From a virus: a stretch of 64,000 nt of DNA. The notes below the pieces were generated by a model that was given only the letters and a program-made list of their open reading frames with translations, did no database searches and was not told where the DNA came from. Location: IMG/VR virus record IMGVR_UViG_3300045125_000172, positions 8,244 through 72,243 of that record; one strand, given 5' to 3'. The position numbers and the translations under genes are program-made. Of the stretch, positions 1-11,574 are shown piece by piece. Numbering within the stretch: position 1 is the first letter of the stretch; each line of letters begins with the position of its first letter.

Positions 1-103
1 CAGCAACAGTAAAGTTTACAACAGAAACTTTCTTGTCTCCATTCTCTAGTTTTCTTAATTCTGGATCTCTTGTTAAATTACCACGCAATAACGTAATATT
101 CAT
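1..103 (-). CDS. ssb: Single-stranded DNA-binding protein, N-terminal part (runs off window)
   Basis: Manual translation from ATG at 103: MNITLLRGNLTRDPELRK..., matching the SSB start motif GNLxRDPELR; frameshift follows. Confidence 0.75.
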   Translation of the reverse strand, partial: MNITLLRGNLTRDPELRKLENGDKKVSVVNFTVA

Positions 104-170
104 ATCGTCTCCTTTAAATAAAAGTAAATAACCAAACCAACAGACTATTATAAAATCACACCACATCTGG

Positions 171-2456
171 TCAAGGTTTTGGAATATAAGTTTTTTCCGC
201 AACCAAACCGTCTTTGTTTTTTGACTTTGATCCTTTAATTATAAGCACATTACCAATAAATAATTGATTCCTATATTGTTTGTAAACTTCTGGAAAATAT
301 ACGATAGAATCAATAACGGCTGTTCCGTCATTAATTGATACAAAAGCCATTTCCGCGCCCACATCTTTTCCTCTTTTAGTTTTTACAACGCGTATATTTT
401 CTACCTCTCCTGCGAGCATAATACTATTAGCCATATATCCATTCTTAAAATCTTTACAAGAGCAAGTAACCATACTGATATCATACATATCTATTCTAGA
501 GCAACTAATGGAATATCCAAGAAGCATATTTTCTGTATCAGCAATCCACTCGATAGAATCTTGCAATGAGTATGGAGGATTTAACAGACTATATGATAAT
601 TGTTCTATAACAATTTTACGTTTAGCTGTAATTTTACCATTTAATACCACTGCTAGATTTTTTAAGAGCGATAATTTATCATCATAAAATTTGTGTAAAT
701 TTTCACATTCTTTATTGGTTAATTGTGTTATTATATTGTATTCAAATAACATCTGGTTCCTTGTCATACCTAGATGATCCAGTGCTCCGGATTGTATTAG
801 AGCTTTACTAGCTGTAGAATTGATATTATTTAATACAAATAACAAATCCATCCAACTGTATTCTGTTATATTTTTGGTGTTATTATTTAATAAATTTTTT
901 AATTTATCATACGCAGACTTACCAAATCCCTTGATATCTGTTAATCCAAAGAATATTTTACTATTTTTAAGTTCAACAAATTCATTTAATAGTCTTATAT
1001 CTGGTTTGCAGACTTCTATGTTCATTTCTATTGCATTTTGTACAAGTTCTTTAATTTCTGCCTGAGGATCTATTTTATCTTTAGCAAACCTTAAATATGA
1101 CGCAAAAAATATTCTTGGAAAGTGTGCTTTGGCATATGCTGATAAATAACAATTCATAGCATAACTTACCGCATGACTTTTATTAAAAGAATATCTTTGA
1201 CTTTTTTCTATCCAGTTAAAAATTTCTTCAGCTTCTTTTGGTTTTAAAATACCCACTTTTTCACAACCGTTGACGAAAGTATTTTTAAGTTTAGCCATTT
1301 CTTCTGGTTTCTTTTTACCAATTGCTTTGCGTAACATATCTGCTTCTTGCAAATTGAATCCAGCAACAACACGAGCTATTTCCATAGCTTGTTCTTGATA
1401 AACCATTTCTCCGTATGTTGTTTGTAGAATCGGTTCTAAACTCTCATGAAAATAATCCACTGCTTCTTCACCATTTTTTTTATCTATGTAGTGATTACTT
1501 ACACTTTTACCATCTCTAATAGCCTCAAGACAATTATGTACAACTACTCCGCCGGCTATAAAATTATGATGAGGAGCCTTCATAGAAATGTCATAAACAT
1601 CTTTTATTCCTATGGAAATTTTCTCTTTTAAAGTAACCCATCTGCCATGAACAGTGTGTGGTAATCTGTGTTTAACTTTAGCATTATTTACTTTTTCTAT
1701 GGTTATTGATCCTTCACTAAATTGTCTATGATGATTAGGACACATATAGCACAAGTTATCTGGATCATTATTTGTAAACCTATTACCATCTATATGGTTA
1801 ACGTCAAGAGAACCAGATGTCCAATCACAGAATATACATTTTTCTATATATCTATTGTAACATCTTCTCCTAAAACACCTAGTTCCAAATCCTGGTTTTT
1901 TATAAATTGGACCTCTTCTTTGTCTTACTAAGATTCTATCTCCAATATTGATATCTCTTAATTCTTTCCATCCATACGGAGTCAAAAGTTTGTGGTCTTC
2001 TGTACATTCTAACTTATAGTCTTTTTCTCCACTTTTGGTTGTTTTTCTTTCTGTAGAATTAATCACTATTTTAAAACATTCTTTTTGTCCAGTGTAAAAT
2101 GCATTTAGCATAGGGTTTGTTACAAATATGCCATTTTTTTCATCGTAGGAAAGTAACTCTGGATATTGATTTGGATTATTGGCAATGTCTTTTATTTTAA
2201 CATTGATATAACTATCTCTACCATCTTTACGAACATATTTTCTCACAGATATTTTTGTGTCACCGGAGATACATCCTGGTCTCATGATACTAATTAAAGC
2301 AGCCAATTCTTCTATATTAGATGGCTTTAATTTTTTAGCCATTGATCGTCCAAGTCTTGATTCTAATTGGAAACATCCTTTTGTATTTCCACTAGAAATC
2401 AAACCCCAAGTTTTTGGACAATCAAGATCCATTGAGGATATGTCAGCATTAAACAT
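171..2456 (-). CDS. dnaE: DNA polymerase III alpha (DnaE) C-terminal half, containing an intein
   Basis: GCFQLES, SIMRPG, MVYQEQAM, ADMLRKAIGKKK, YSFNKSHAVSYA and the C-terminal OB fold (KTKRGKDVGAEMAFVSINDG) are DnaE motifs. Confidence 0.95.
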   Translation of the reverse strand: MFNADISSMDLDCPKTWGLISSGNTKGCFQLESRLGRSMAKKLKPSNIEELAALISIMRPGCISGDTKISVRKYVRKDGRDSYINVKIKDIANNPNQYPELLSYDEKNGIFVTNPMLNAFYTGQKECFKIVINSTERKTTKSGEKDYKLECTEDHKLLTPYGWKELRDINIGDRILVRQRRGPIYKKPGFGTRCFRRRCYNRYIEKCIFCDWTSGSLDVNHIDGNRFTNNDPDNLCYMCPNHHRQFSEGSITIEKVNNAKVKHRLPHTVHGRWVTLKEKISIGIKDVYDISMKAPHHNFIAGGVVVHNCLEAIRDGKSVSNHYIDKKNGEEAVDYFHESLEPILQTTYGEMVYQEQAMEIARVVAGFNLQEADMLRKAIGKKKPEEMAKLKNTFVNGCEKVGILKPKEAEEIFNWIEKSQRYSFNKSHAVSYAMNCYLSAYAKAHFPRIFFASYLRFAKDKIDPQAEIKELVQNAIEMNIEVCKPDIRLLNEFVELKNSKIFFGLTDIKGFGKSAYDKLKNLLNNNTKNITEYSWMDLLFVLNNINSTASKALIQSGALDHLGMTRNQMLFEYNIITQLTNKECENLHKFYDDKLSLLKNLAVVLNGKITAKRKIVIEQLSYSLLNPPYSLQDSIEWIADTENMLLGYSISCSRIDMYDISMVTCSCKDFKNGYMANSIMLAGEVENIRVVKTKRGKDVGAEMAFVSINDGTAVIDSIVYFPEVYKQYRNQLFIGNVLIIKGSKSKNKDGLVAEKTYIPKP
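1533..2273 (-). mobile_element. Intein (247 aa) with HNH homing endonuclease, in DnaE-C
   Basis: Starts CISGDT (block A); has LECTEDHKLLT (block B TxxH), DVYDISMKAPHHNFIAGGVVVHN followed by Cys+1; internal CIFC..LDVNHIDGNRFTNNDPDNLCYMCPNHH is an HNH motif. Confidence 0.92.
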
Positions 2457-3141
2457 TCAAAAAAGCGTCCTTAAATTTAATTTTATTACACAAATTCTTA
2501 TGAAGTTTCAAAAATCTTAATAGTATAGCAGCACAGTCTTTTACATCTTTTAGAGCGTCGTGTGCATTGTCTTTTGATATTCCTAGATAATCTCTTACAT
2601 TATCTAATGATAAGCTTTTAATATCTTCCACATCAAAGAACCAATAGTATACTAGATTCATAATATCTAATACATCTCTTGGATAAAATATATTGGATTC
2701 ACTCTCTTTATTAACATTACCATATTTATTGCTAAGTCTATTAACAATTTTTAAATCAAACCTATATATGTTATATCCTGCCGCAATTGGTGCTGAAAAC
2801 TGTGATTTTTTTGTTGATCTACAGTGATATTTATCCAAGTATTCATTGAACATTGTCCACGCCTGCTTTTGTGGCATAGATTTGTGCCAAGAACTTAATA
2901 TATCTTCCTGAGAACATCCTCGTACTTTTGAATGAAATCCAAGGATATCGCTATCATACTTGAAGTCAGGATCGTTGTCAAGCTTATCTGGCTTGACCAT
3001 GATATTGAATTCGGAATTTGGAACTATATCCATTTTTGATGGATCGATCATAATAGCAGCAATTTGAACAGGACTACATATTGATGGATCAGCACCGTCG
3101 GTTTCAAAATCAAACACGCAAATTTTATTGTATTGTTTCAT
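2449..3141 (-). CDS. DnaQ-like DEDDh 3'-5' exonuclease
   Basis: VFDFETDG (ExoI), AGYNIYRFD (ExoII), AHDALKD (ExoIII). Confidence 0.9.
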   Translation of the reverse strand: MKQYNKICVFDFETDGADPSICSPVQIAAIMIDPSKMDIVPNSEFNIMVKPDKLDNDPDFKYDSDILGFHSKVRGCSQEDILSSWHKSMPQKQAWTMFNEYLDKYHCRSTKKSQFSAPIAAGYNIYRFDLKIVNRLSNKYGNVNKESESNIFYPRDVLDIMNLVYYWFFDVEDIKSLSLDNVRDYLGISKDNAHDALKDVKDCAAILLRFLKLHKNLCNKIKFKDAFLNV

Positions 3142-3143
3142 TA

Positions 3144-3317
3144 TCAGTTAACCTGAACCTCTTGTAGTGGTGTAATCATAACCTTTTCGTTTGTTGCCTC
3201 TTTAAGAGCATTTAATACTTTGCAGCAGCTAACACGCTCTTCCTCTGCCTTAATATATGTTTCATTATTAAGTGTAAATTTTTCTCCAATATTTAAATCT
3301 TTAAATAATTTATTCAT
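3144..3317 (-). CDS. Small hypothetical protein (57 aa)
   Basis: Manual ORF MNKLFKDLNIGEKFTLNNETYIK...QVN* with AAGGAG RBS; fills the gap between dnaE-N and the exonuclease. Confidence 0.6.
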   Translation of the reverse strand: MNKLFKDLNIGEKFTLNNETYIKAEEERVSCCKVLNALKEATNEKVMITPLQEVQVN

Positions 3318-3319
3318 TA

Positions 3320-5199
3320 TTATTCTCCTTTTAATAAATCTTGAATTGTCATAATTTTATCCAGCATGGCGATACCGAGAATATCGAATTTAATAATACC
3401 TAGACTTTCTAAATCTTGCATTTCCATACCGGCGATTGTTTGATCGTTCTTACTATCATAAACCATTGGACAAGACTCTCCAAGAGGGGTAGGACTTATC
3501 GCTATCCCAGCAGCATGTTTTGATTGATTAGTTTTTGTTCCTTCTAATCTTATTGCTTGCTCAAATCTTTTTGCTAGTGGACCAACCAGATTATCATTAT
3601 CATCAATATAGCACCATTCTGATAGTTCTTTTGATTTATTTTCTAATGCCCATCTAATAATTGATGCTTCTCCATATTCTTCTTTCATGTCTTGCAATTC
3701 GTCTGCTATTTTAGCTTCGTCTGGAATATGTTTAGTAATATTATTCATTTCTTCAAACGTAATATTGCCATAAGCTCTTAAAACATCTTTTAATGCTCCT
3801 CGACCTTTCATTGTATTAAAAGTAATCATTTGTGAAACTTTATCATGACCATACTTATCTTTGATATAGTTGATAACATCTTCTCGTTTGTTAATAGGAA
3901 CGTCAACATCAATATCTGGCATTGATATATGATTAGCTGTATTTCTTCCAGAATTATAAAATCTGTCAAAAATCAATCCATATTTTATAGGATCTATCGC
4001 TGTTATGCCTACTAAATATGAAACCATACACCCAGCAGCAGAACCTCTTCCGGGACCGGGCAGCCAATTATTAGATCGAACATACTGTAGGATATCTTGA
4101 ATGATTAAGAAATAACTTGATAGACCAGCGTTCTGTAACACAGATAATTCGTATTTTATTCTTTCTACATATTGATTTGTCATGTGTTCATTATTATGGA
4201 CTTTTTCTGTTATTTTTTCTTTCCATCCGTTGCGACATAGTTCCCTTAAATATTCTGCTTCTGAGAAACCGTCTGGACATTTAAAATTCGGTAATGTTGG
4301 CTTGGAAGTAATATCATAGTTTTCACATAAAGAGTCTATATAATTTGTATTATCTATCTCTTCTTCTGTGTGTAGCTGATTAATTTCTTCATGATCTAAT
4401 ATATGATAATTATCAGAGATAAAAAATGTCTCCATACCAACTTCTTCATTATTTAGAATTTTTGAGTAACATCTGTTAGTGTTGTTTTTAAGATTATTAC
4501 ATAATAAAATCCTTTGATCAACAGCGTCCTCTTTTTCTGCATAATGAGCATCCGGTGTGCATATAACTTTAAGCCCTGTTTCTGATGAAATACTTCTAAC
4601 GCATTCCGTCATTTTAGATTGCATAGGGTTGTTAGTCCAATCCATCAATTGAGCTTCTAGAAAAAAATTATCTGAGCCACCAAAAATTTCTTTTAGATAG
4701 GAAGCTTTATTAATTAAAATGTCTTTCCAGTCCGGATTTATCTCGGTATAATTACTAATACTATTAGCTAGAACTGATCCTAAGTGTCCAGCAAATCCTA
4801 TTATGTTTCCATCCAACAGAGAGCCAAGTCGTACTAAGTCTATTCTTGGTTTATAATAATAAAATTCTGGTTTGTTGGTTTCCGATATTATCTTTATAAG
4901 AGTTTTCCATCCAGCATAGTTTTTAGCTAAAATAACCAAATGGCTTAGTTTTTTATTGTCATTATTTTTAATTGATGCATCATCATCACATACATACAAT
5001 TCACAGCCAAGTATGGGTTTGATTCCATTTTTTTCATGCACGAATGGAACTTAACAGCACCTGCTATGTTCCCGTGATCGGTTAACGCGCATGTTTTAAT
5101 ACCTGTTTTGATACATCTTTTTGCAATTTGTTCTGGCTTAGATAATCCGTCTAAAATTGAAAAGTGACTATGAACATGCAATGGAGTATAATGTTTCAT
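3320..5199 (-). CDS. dnaE: DNA polymerase III alpha (DnaE) N-terminal half (PHP + palm); one frameshift near 5040
   Basis: LHVHSHFSILDG and ALTDHGN (PHP); GPGRGSAAG, PDIDVD, HAAG, KFDILG (catalytic Asp motifs); ends TIQDLLKGE*. Confidence 0.93.
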
Positions 5200-6240
5200 T
5201 ATTTAATTTCGCCAGGAGCTTGATAGTGTCCAAAAGAGTGATTATTTTGTTTATATAAGCTCGTCACTGTATCTATTCCTAAAATTTCTATGTCGTGTTT
5301 AACCTGTTCGCATTTTGTCATAAATGCATCCTTTTTACATACTTGATTATCTCTGTATTCAATATGCGGGGTAATGTGTGAGTCCTCAAATGTAGTTTTG
5401 CCGAAGTGACATAGTTTACTACACATCCATGTTTTTCGCAAGTGTGGTTTTCTGCTTTTTTTATAATTTCAAACTTGTCTTTTAGCATCAATTCTGTTTT
5501 AGCCAAATCTTTTTTATCAAAACATATCGAGAAAGGACCACCATCATTAATAAAATTAATAGAAACCATTATATTTTCTATATCTGGATATAAATGACTA
5601 ACAGCATAATGATATATTCTTAGCTGTGGATCATTTTCTAAACATTCTTGAGTTTTTCTTTTGCCTGTGGCCCAATTTAATCTTTTTCCTGTTTTCCAGT
5701 CAACAATTTCATAAAAATTATCGTCTACCTTTGTTATAAGATCAATCGTTCCTTTTATTGCTAAATATCCTTCTAAAATACCTTCATCTGTTTGGTATTT
5801 ATACTTTGCCCAAGGCTTTTTAATAACAATATCAAAATGTTGTTCTGGACAAACTATAGTCCTATTTCTTGGATCAAACATACCATTATTATGAGTAATA
5901 GTTTTTATTACCCATGCATAACAATCTTTTTTGTCTTGAGGTAACCATGTATGATGAGTATTGTTTTTAGTATAGTAGTCGTATACCCGATTAAATAGTT
6001 CGTCAATAGAGTAGGTCTTGGTATCTATTTCGCCGACAATTTCATCTTCTACAGACTTTAATTTATCTTGTTGAGCTTTTTTAATTACGGCAAGTAATTC
6101 TAATACTTTATGAACTATTGTTCCTTTATCAGCTTTTTTATTGGACGGACCTCTCCAACCAAGTACATATTCTAAATAATACTGCTGTTCGCACATAGAA
6201 TGAGCATTGTAAGATGAGCTTCTAAAATATGTAATTATAA
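5199..6240 (-). CDS. PD-(D/E)XK nuclease, Cas4/AddB-like; frameshift near 5440
   Basis: SSSYNAHSMCEQQYY, GTIVHKVLE, GTIDLI..EIVDWKTG, QLRIYHYA, plus C-terminal Cys cluster (CSKLC..C). Confidence 0.75.
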
Positions 6241-6813
6241 TGGTAATATTCCTTTGCTGCTGAGAAACTCATTTAAAATTAAATTTTGATCATTGATAGA
6301 GATTAATTTATTATCTATAATTAGATCAAAATTATTTTGATCATATCTATCATTGTCTAGAGCTGTTTCGCTATCATGATTTGAATTAAATGGATTTCTT
6401 GTTAATTTGATCACTATTCCACCAACATTTTTTATTGCTTGTACTTCATTAGGAAATCTACAATCCGCTACAATAGCCATGTCTGGTTTTTCTTTAAGTA
6501 TTTTATTAATGGTGGCGTTTGTCCAAACGCCTTGTTGCATTGTGCGAAAAATATCCGTCCCAATAAACTGCATTACTTCTCTGGCAGTTAATTGTTGGTT
6601 ATTCCAAACACAATTTACAAGTTCATTTTTTTGCTCATCAGTACCGTAACACTGATCATATGTTAAGCCTAGTATATTAATACAGATATCCTTTTTAAGA
6701 GGATCAGCAAAGTTGTATACTTTAACATCACCAACAAATTGTTTGGATACAAACTCGGAACAGGTTGTTTTGCCAGATTGTTTTCTTCCAGCGAATGATA
6801 TGATTTTTGTCAT
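6235..6813 (-). CDS. Deoxynucleoside monophosphate kinase-like P-loop protein
   Basis: MTKIISFAGRKQSGKTT, FADPLK, REVMQFIGTD, DCRFPNE, HDSE; appears fused to the primase in the ORF track. Confidence 0.75.
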   Translation of the reverse strand: MTKIISFAGRKQSGKTTCSEFVSKQFVGDVKVYNFADPLKKDICINILGLTYDQCYGTDEQKNELVNCVWNNQQLTAREVMQFIGTDIFRTMQQGVWTNATINKILKEKPDMAIVADCRFPNEVQAIKNVGGIVIKLTRNPFNSNHDSETALDNDRYDQNNFDLIIDNKLISINDQNLILNEFLSSKGILPL

Positions 6814-7886
6814 GTATTTATTTTCGATATGATTTGTTCTTTTAATTTCTTCATTAGATAATTCTGCTATATCGTTTTTTGATATATGAATGTGTTGTAT
6901 ATTATATATTTTTTTACACTTATTGTCAATTTGTGTTCTTGCTTTCATGCCAGCATCATCAGAATCGGTAATAATTACCAGAGTCATGGCTCCACTAGTA
7001 TCTAGCAACATCTTTTGTTTGTCATTCAGATTAGATCCAAATATAGCTACGGCATTGTGTATGCCATTACTTTCTAGTTTCCAAACATTACCAGGACTTT
7101 CAACAATAATAGCGGTTCTACTTTCTTTAATATATTTTTTAGCAAACCAAAAGTTATACAAACAATTCTCAGCAGAAAATCCCTTATTGTGTTTCCATTT
7201 TGGTTTTAATTCATCAGATACTGATCTACCACTGCACCCTATCATGTGCTGATAATCTGTGTCGTAAATAGGAACCACCGCTCTTCCAGACATTTCCTTG
7301 TTTGCTGCTTCGCAGTCTCCAACATCATACTTATCTAATATTACTGGATCAAATCCTCTAGATATAAAATACGGACTAGGTATCTTTAATAATTTTCTTA
7401 CTTGATTTCTATTAGGATGATTCGTGGTAGCTGTTTGTTTTGTGTTAAGTATATTTAGACTATTAATAAAGTTATTTTTTCTTTTTCTTTATTTGATATC
7501 TTTAAATCTCTTAGATTAATCTTACCAAAATCTGTTAAAAACTTAAGTGTTTCTGAAAAACTTACTGTCTCATCTCCGTCACATGACCAATCATATTTTT
7601 TATGAGATAAAATTCCTCTAACAAAACCTATTATTGATCCTTTAAAATGTTTTTCGCATTGATGAGTTCTGCATTTCCAGTTTCCTCTATATGACTCTCC
7701 AACATAATATAGATTAATTGCGGACTCATTATCTCCACCATGTATTGGACAGGGCATACTTATGAACTTGCTGTTTTGTTTATACTCAAGGTCAAAATAG
7801 TCCAATAAATCGGTTATATTATCGCATAAACGATCACACAAAATTTTTAACTTTTGCTGATCAATCGAATGGAATGTTTTCTTCAT
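6814..7886 (-). CDS. DNA primase (Zn finger + Toprim), frameshifted
   Basis: CPIHGGDNESA...CRTH Zn finger in ORF 7455..7922; RAVVPIYD..IGCSGR, IIVESPGNVW, DSDDAG Toprim motifs in ORF 6235..7293. Confidence 0.8.
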
Positions 7887-9311
7887 CTTTAACTTCGAAC
7901 CCATCTTCATCATCTTTTCCATTTACAATCTCCAATCTGGTTTTTCCTTCAGTAATTTTTGCACACCAACCCTTCATGTGACAATTGATATAATCATTAT
8001 CCTCAAGTCCTGCCCCGTGTCTACTAATCAATGGTATAAGTTTTCTGTTTCCGTTTGTTGGTCCATCTTCTGCAATTTCTTCATCACTTTTTCTTTTAAA
8101 TATAGAAAAATTACTACACAACCATATAATTCTATCTGATCCACTCGCTGTGTCTGTGCTTTCTTTTGTTATTCCGTCTCTATTTAATTGCACAAATGCC
8201 ACGATTGGTAATTGATATTTACAGGCAAAATTATGTAATGTGGTCATCATAAAACCAAGAACTTGGTATTCTTTCATATCTTGGCTTATACCAGCACTAT
8301 CCATAAGTTTTAGATAGTCATAAAAAATTACACAGGGTTTTGCTGTGCCGTCTGAATTCAATCCTACTTCTTTAATTATCCATCTTCGCATAATAGACAA
8401 TTGCTCATCAAAAGATTTACCAGCGATAGACTTGTGAAACAATGGTGTTTGTTTTAAATCGTTAACAGCATCTTCTATCTTCTTTTTAAGGATGGTGTTT
8501 GTGCAAACTTTCCGCTTTCAATTTTATTGATCTCTATCTCTGTCATCATTGCTAATATGCGATGAATATGATCTCCTTTAGTCATTTCTGTATCCATATT
8601 CAACACCGGTATTTTTAATTTATTTGCAATATAAAAACCCATATTATCAGATAACAGAGTTTTACCGGTCTTTGGTCTTGCTGCAATAACATTGATAGTA
8701 CTTTTTCTTAAACCACCACCAATAGCAAAATCGTATGCCGGAAATCCTGTAGAAATACCGACCTGATCTATTGGATTAGCTATTAAGTCTTCTATATATT
8801 CTTCTAGATTATCACTAATTTGTATAGGACTACTATCCTGATCCTCCATAGATGTGCTAAAGTTTAATATTGGTTCTTCAACCAAACTCATTATATGAGA
8901 AATGGGTTCGGATCCCGTAACATTAAGCACATTATTTTTTATATCGTCTAATTTTTTATGTAATTTTCTGGCTATTTCTAATTTTCTAATCTTCGCAGCA
9001 AACTGTAATAGATTATCAAAATTTGCAGGAAAATCCAAGATTGCTTTTAGGTGTTGCGTCTCCTCTTTTTTCTGCAAAACATAGTCTAAATCTAATTCTT
9101 TGGCTGCGGAGAAGATAGAGGCTATATCAATTGATTGACAATTATGGTCAACAAATATCTTTTTTAAACATTTGTATATAATAATATTACTATCTATTGT
9201 AAAACTATTTTCATTTAAAATATCTGCAACTTCCAGATATGCTTTTTCTCCATACTGACATAATATGGATAAGACTGCTCTTTCAGCAGATGGGTCGAAT
9301 AGGATATTCAT
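7861..9311 (-). CDS. dnaB: Replicative DnaB-like helicase; frameshift near 8470
   Basis: AERAVLS N-terminus, GISTGF, AARPKTGKT (Walker A), MDTEM, FYDYLK, QLNRDG, SGSDRI. Confidence 0.92.
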
Positions 9312-9313
9312 TT

Positions 9314-9691
9314 ATTAATTATCCAGCAGAGGTTGAGCATTTGTTGCATTTGTATCTTGTTTTATCTAGAACCATTGCTGGATTGCATTTTTCTTTTTTC
9401 CACAACACCTACAGGTTAACTCTATGTGAGAAAATTGTCTATTTCTTTCTGTTGGTGGAACTTTAGATAGTTTTTGATCTATTTCAACGTCCTCTTTATG
9501 GAGATTTTTTCTGACATCTTATCAAACAGATTGATTGAACTACCTTTGGCTTTTGACTTGTTTGTTTTGATATTACTATTTAATTTTGGAACAATATCTT
9601 CTTCTTCATTTGTGTCCGGTAATAGCGATGACAATAAAGCAATTAGTCCTTTTATTTGTTCTGGATTATTTTTTAAATTTTCAAGATCCAT
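9314..9691 (-). CDS. Hypothetical protein with C-terminal Cys-rich Zn ribbon (frameshifted)
   Basis: ORF 9479..9691 continues across shifts into CRCCGKKEKCN...YKCNKCSTSAG*. Confidence 0.5.
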
Positions 9692-10175
9692 TCTTCACCT
9701 TATTTCTTTGTATAGATAAAATAATATCTGATAAATTTTTAATACTATTAGCCAGATAAGACAGTCTGTCTGTTCTTTGTTTGGCATATTTTTTAATATT
9801 ATTTAATGATGTGGCCTTATCGTTATGTTTTATTGCTTGGCCAGCTTTCTCAACATACCCATAACCTTTGTAGTTGTTGATTTCATCTGCTATTGTTTCT
9901 TTGATAGTTTCGTCAGCCCAATTGTATCTTGCTATTTCTCTATTTATAGTTCTTTGAATAAAAAAAGCGTACTGTCCTAACCTATATGCTATATTACCAC
10001 AGTCTTCCGGAGACAACTTTTCTAAAGCCTCCCTGTTCATGGATAAATACTGCTGTAGTTCGGACTCTGTTAAATATGAATTTTGGGCAATATATTTTCC
10101 TAGTCCTAATGAATTTTCGTATTCATCTAGAATCGTATCCCAATTCTGCATTTCTTCTTTAGCTGTTTTTGACAT
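9681..10175 (-). CDS. Hypothetical helical protein, possibly UvsY-like
   Basis: 164-aa ORF between recA and dnaB; resemblance to recombination mediators is weak and mostly positional. Confidence 0.45.
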   Translation of the reverse strand: MSKTAKEEMQNWDTILDEYENSLGLGKYIAQNSYLTESELQQYLSMNREALEKLSPEDCGNIAYRLGQYAFFIQRTINREIARYNWADETIKETIADEINNYKGYGYVEKAGQAIKHNDKATSLNNIKKYAKQRTDRLSYLANSIKNLSDIILSIQRNKVKNGS

Positions 10176-10560
10176 ATTGCGCCCACTCTTCTGTTTTATT
10201 GAATGGCAGTTCTATATATTTGATATTATTAATTTCACACCACTCTTTTTTTCTTGGTCTCTTTTTTGCTTTGGCAAAAGCTAACGCATTTGCATGATAA
10301 AACGGAGTAAATTTGTAGTGTTGTTCACCATGAACCTCGATACATAGTTTAACCAGAGGTATGAAAAAGTCAAGATACGCTATTTGGTTTTTTCTTATGT
10401 GAACCGTAACCTCTTCCAAACTCTGCATAGTAGGAAAAATCTCTTTTATAATTTGTCTTGCTAATAAATGTAAACTAGATTTATTAAATGAATTACTAAC
10501 AGAACTATTTTTAGCAAATGACCAATTATTTGTATTTCCGTCAAGATCCCTAACTTGCAT
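10159..10560 (-). CDS. DUF559/Vsr-like PD-(D/E)XK endonuclease
   Basis: LDFFIPLVKLCIEVHGEQHY...KKEWCEINNIKYIEL. Confidence 0.7.
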   Translation of the reverse strand: MQVRDLDGNTNNWSFAKNSSVSNSFNKSSLHLLARQIIKEIFPTMQSLEEVTVHIRKNQIAYLDFFIPLVKLCIEVHGEQHYKFTPFYHANALAFAKAKKRPRKKEWCEINNIKYIELPFNKTEEWAQYVKNS

Positions 10561-11574
10561 TACTTATTTCCTATAATATTTTTAACTTCTGCATACAGTT
10601 TATCATATGCGTCTTGATTTTGCAACAAGAACGCTCTGATTTTTTCTGTGCCTTGAAATTTTGTTTTATCTCCTTCCAAAAATGAAAGAGTATACCACGC
10701 TCCAGATTTATTGATTAATCCTAAATCACAACCAATAGTAATTAATTCTGTGTGCTTATCAATACCCTGACCATATCTTATATAACTAGTGATTTGTCCG
10801 CCCGGAGGCCCAAGAGCAGAACACATAGTTTGCCATTCAACCTCTTGACCTATCTGAGTATTATCGGTTCCCAACAGCCAAGGCTTGAAAGACTTTGCTC
10901 TAATTTTTATATCTGTCTGATATGCTATAGCCTGTCCACTTTTTCTTTAAATTCTGCACCATATCCTGTTGGATTGCCCATTAGATGAGTAATCCCTATA
11001 ACTATGTTTTTGTTTACAGGAATAACGTTAGCAACTTTTCTACAAAACTTAGCTAGTAATTTAGCCCCGTCTGCTCTTTGCATCTTATCCATATCTGATG
11101 TAATTTCTGCTTCAGTACATAGAGCAGAATATGAGTCTATTATGACAACACATCCGGGTTCTTGGTTAATAATTCTTTCAGCAATTTGAAGATATTCTTC
11201 TGCTCTAAGAATTTTTCCTGTTTGCGATCCAATAACGTCAAATTTCTCCAGGTTTAAACCCGGTATTCCCTCCAGATCTCTTTTTTTAAGTCGGCCTTCT
11301 ATGTTTAAATAATAAACCATACGACCATCTTTATATGATCCTGAGCCGTATTCTGGCTTTTGTGCATTTGCCGCAAAATCCAAAGAGGTTGTTGTTTTAC
11401 CGCATTTAGGTTGGCCGGTTAAAACCACAAAACTTCCCTCTGGTATTCCTCCTCCAGGATCATATCTAATGCTGGGCTAACAGGAATAACTATGGATTCT
11501 TTGTCAACAACAGAAGATGCAGACAATATAATTTCATCACCAAAATCTTTTTTAACACTGTCTTTAATGCTCAT
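10560..11574 (-). CDS. recA: RecA/UvsX-like recombinase, frameshifted
   Basis: PVSPALD..GGGIPEGSFVVLTGQPKCGKTT, VIIDSYSAL, GALAYQTD, YGQGID, INKSGAWY. Confidence 0.9.

Noticed and set aside
5199-6240. CRISPR-Cas system, suggested by the Cas4-like nuclease
   Set aside because: No repeat-spacer array or other cas genes were seen; stand-alone Cas4-like nucleases are common in phage replication modules.
6235-7293. Primase-dNMP kinase fusion protein
   Set aside because: The junction (IKRTNHIENKY-MTKIISF) looks out of frame and the kinase has its own Met. An indel-created fusion is more likely in this error-rich sequence.
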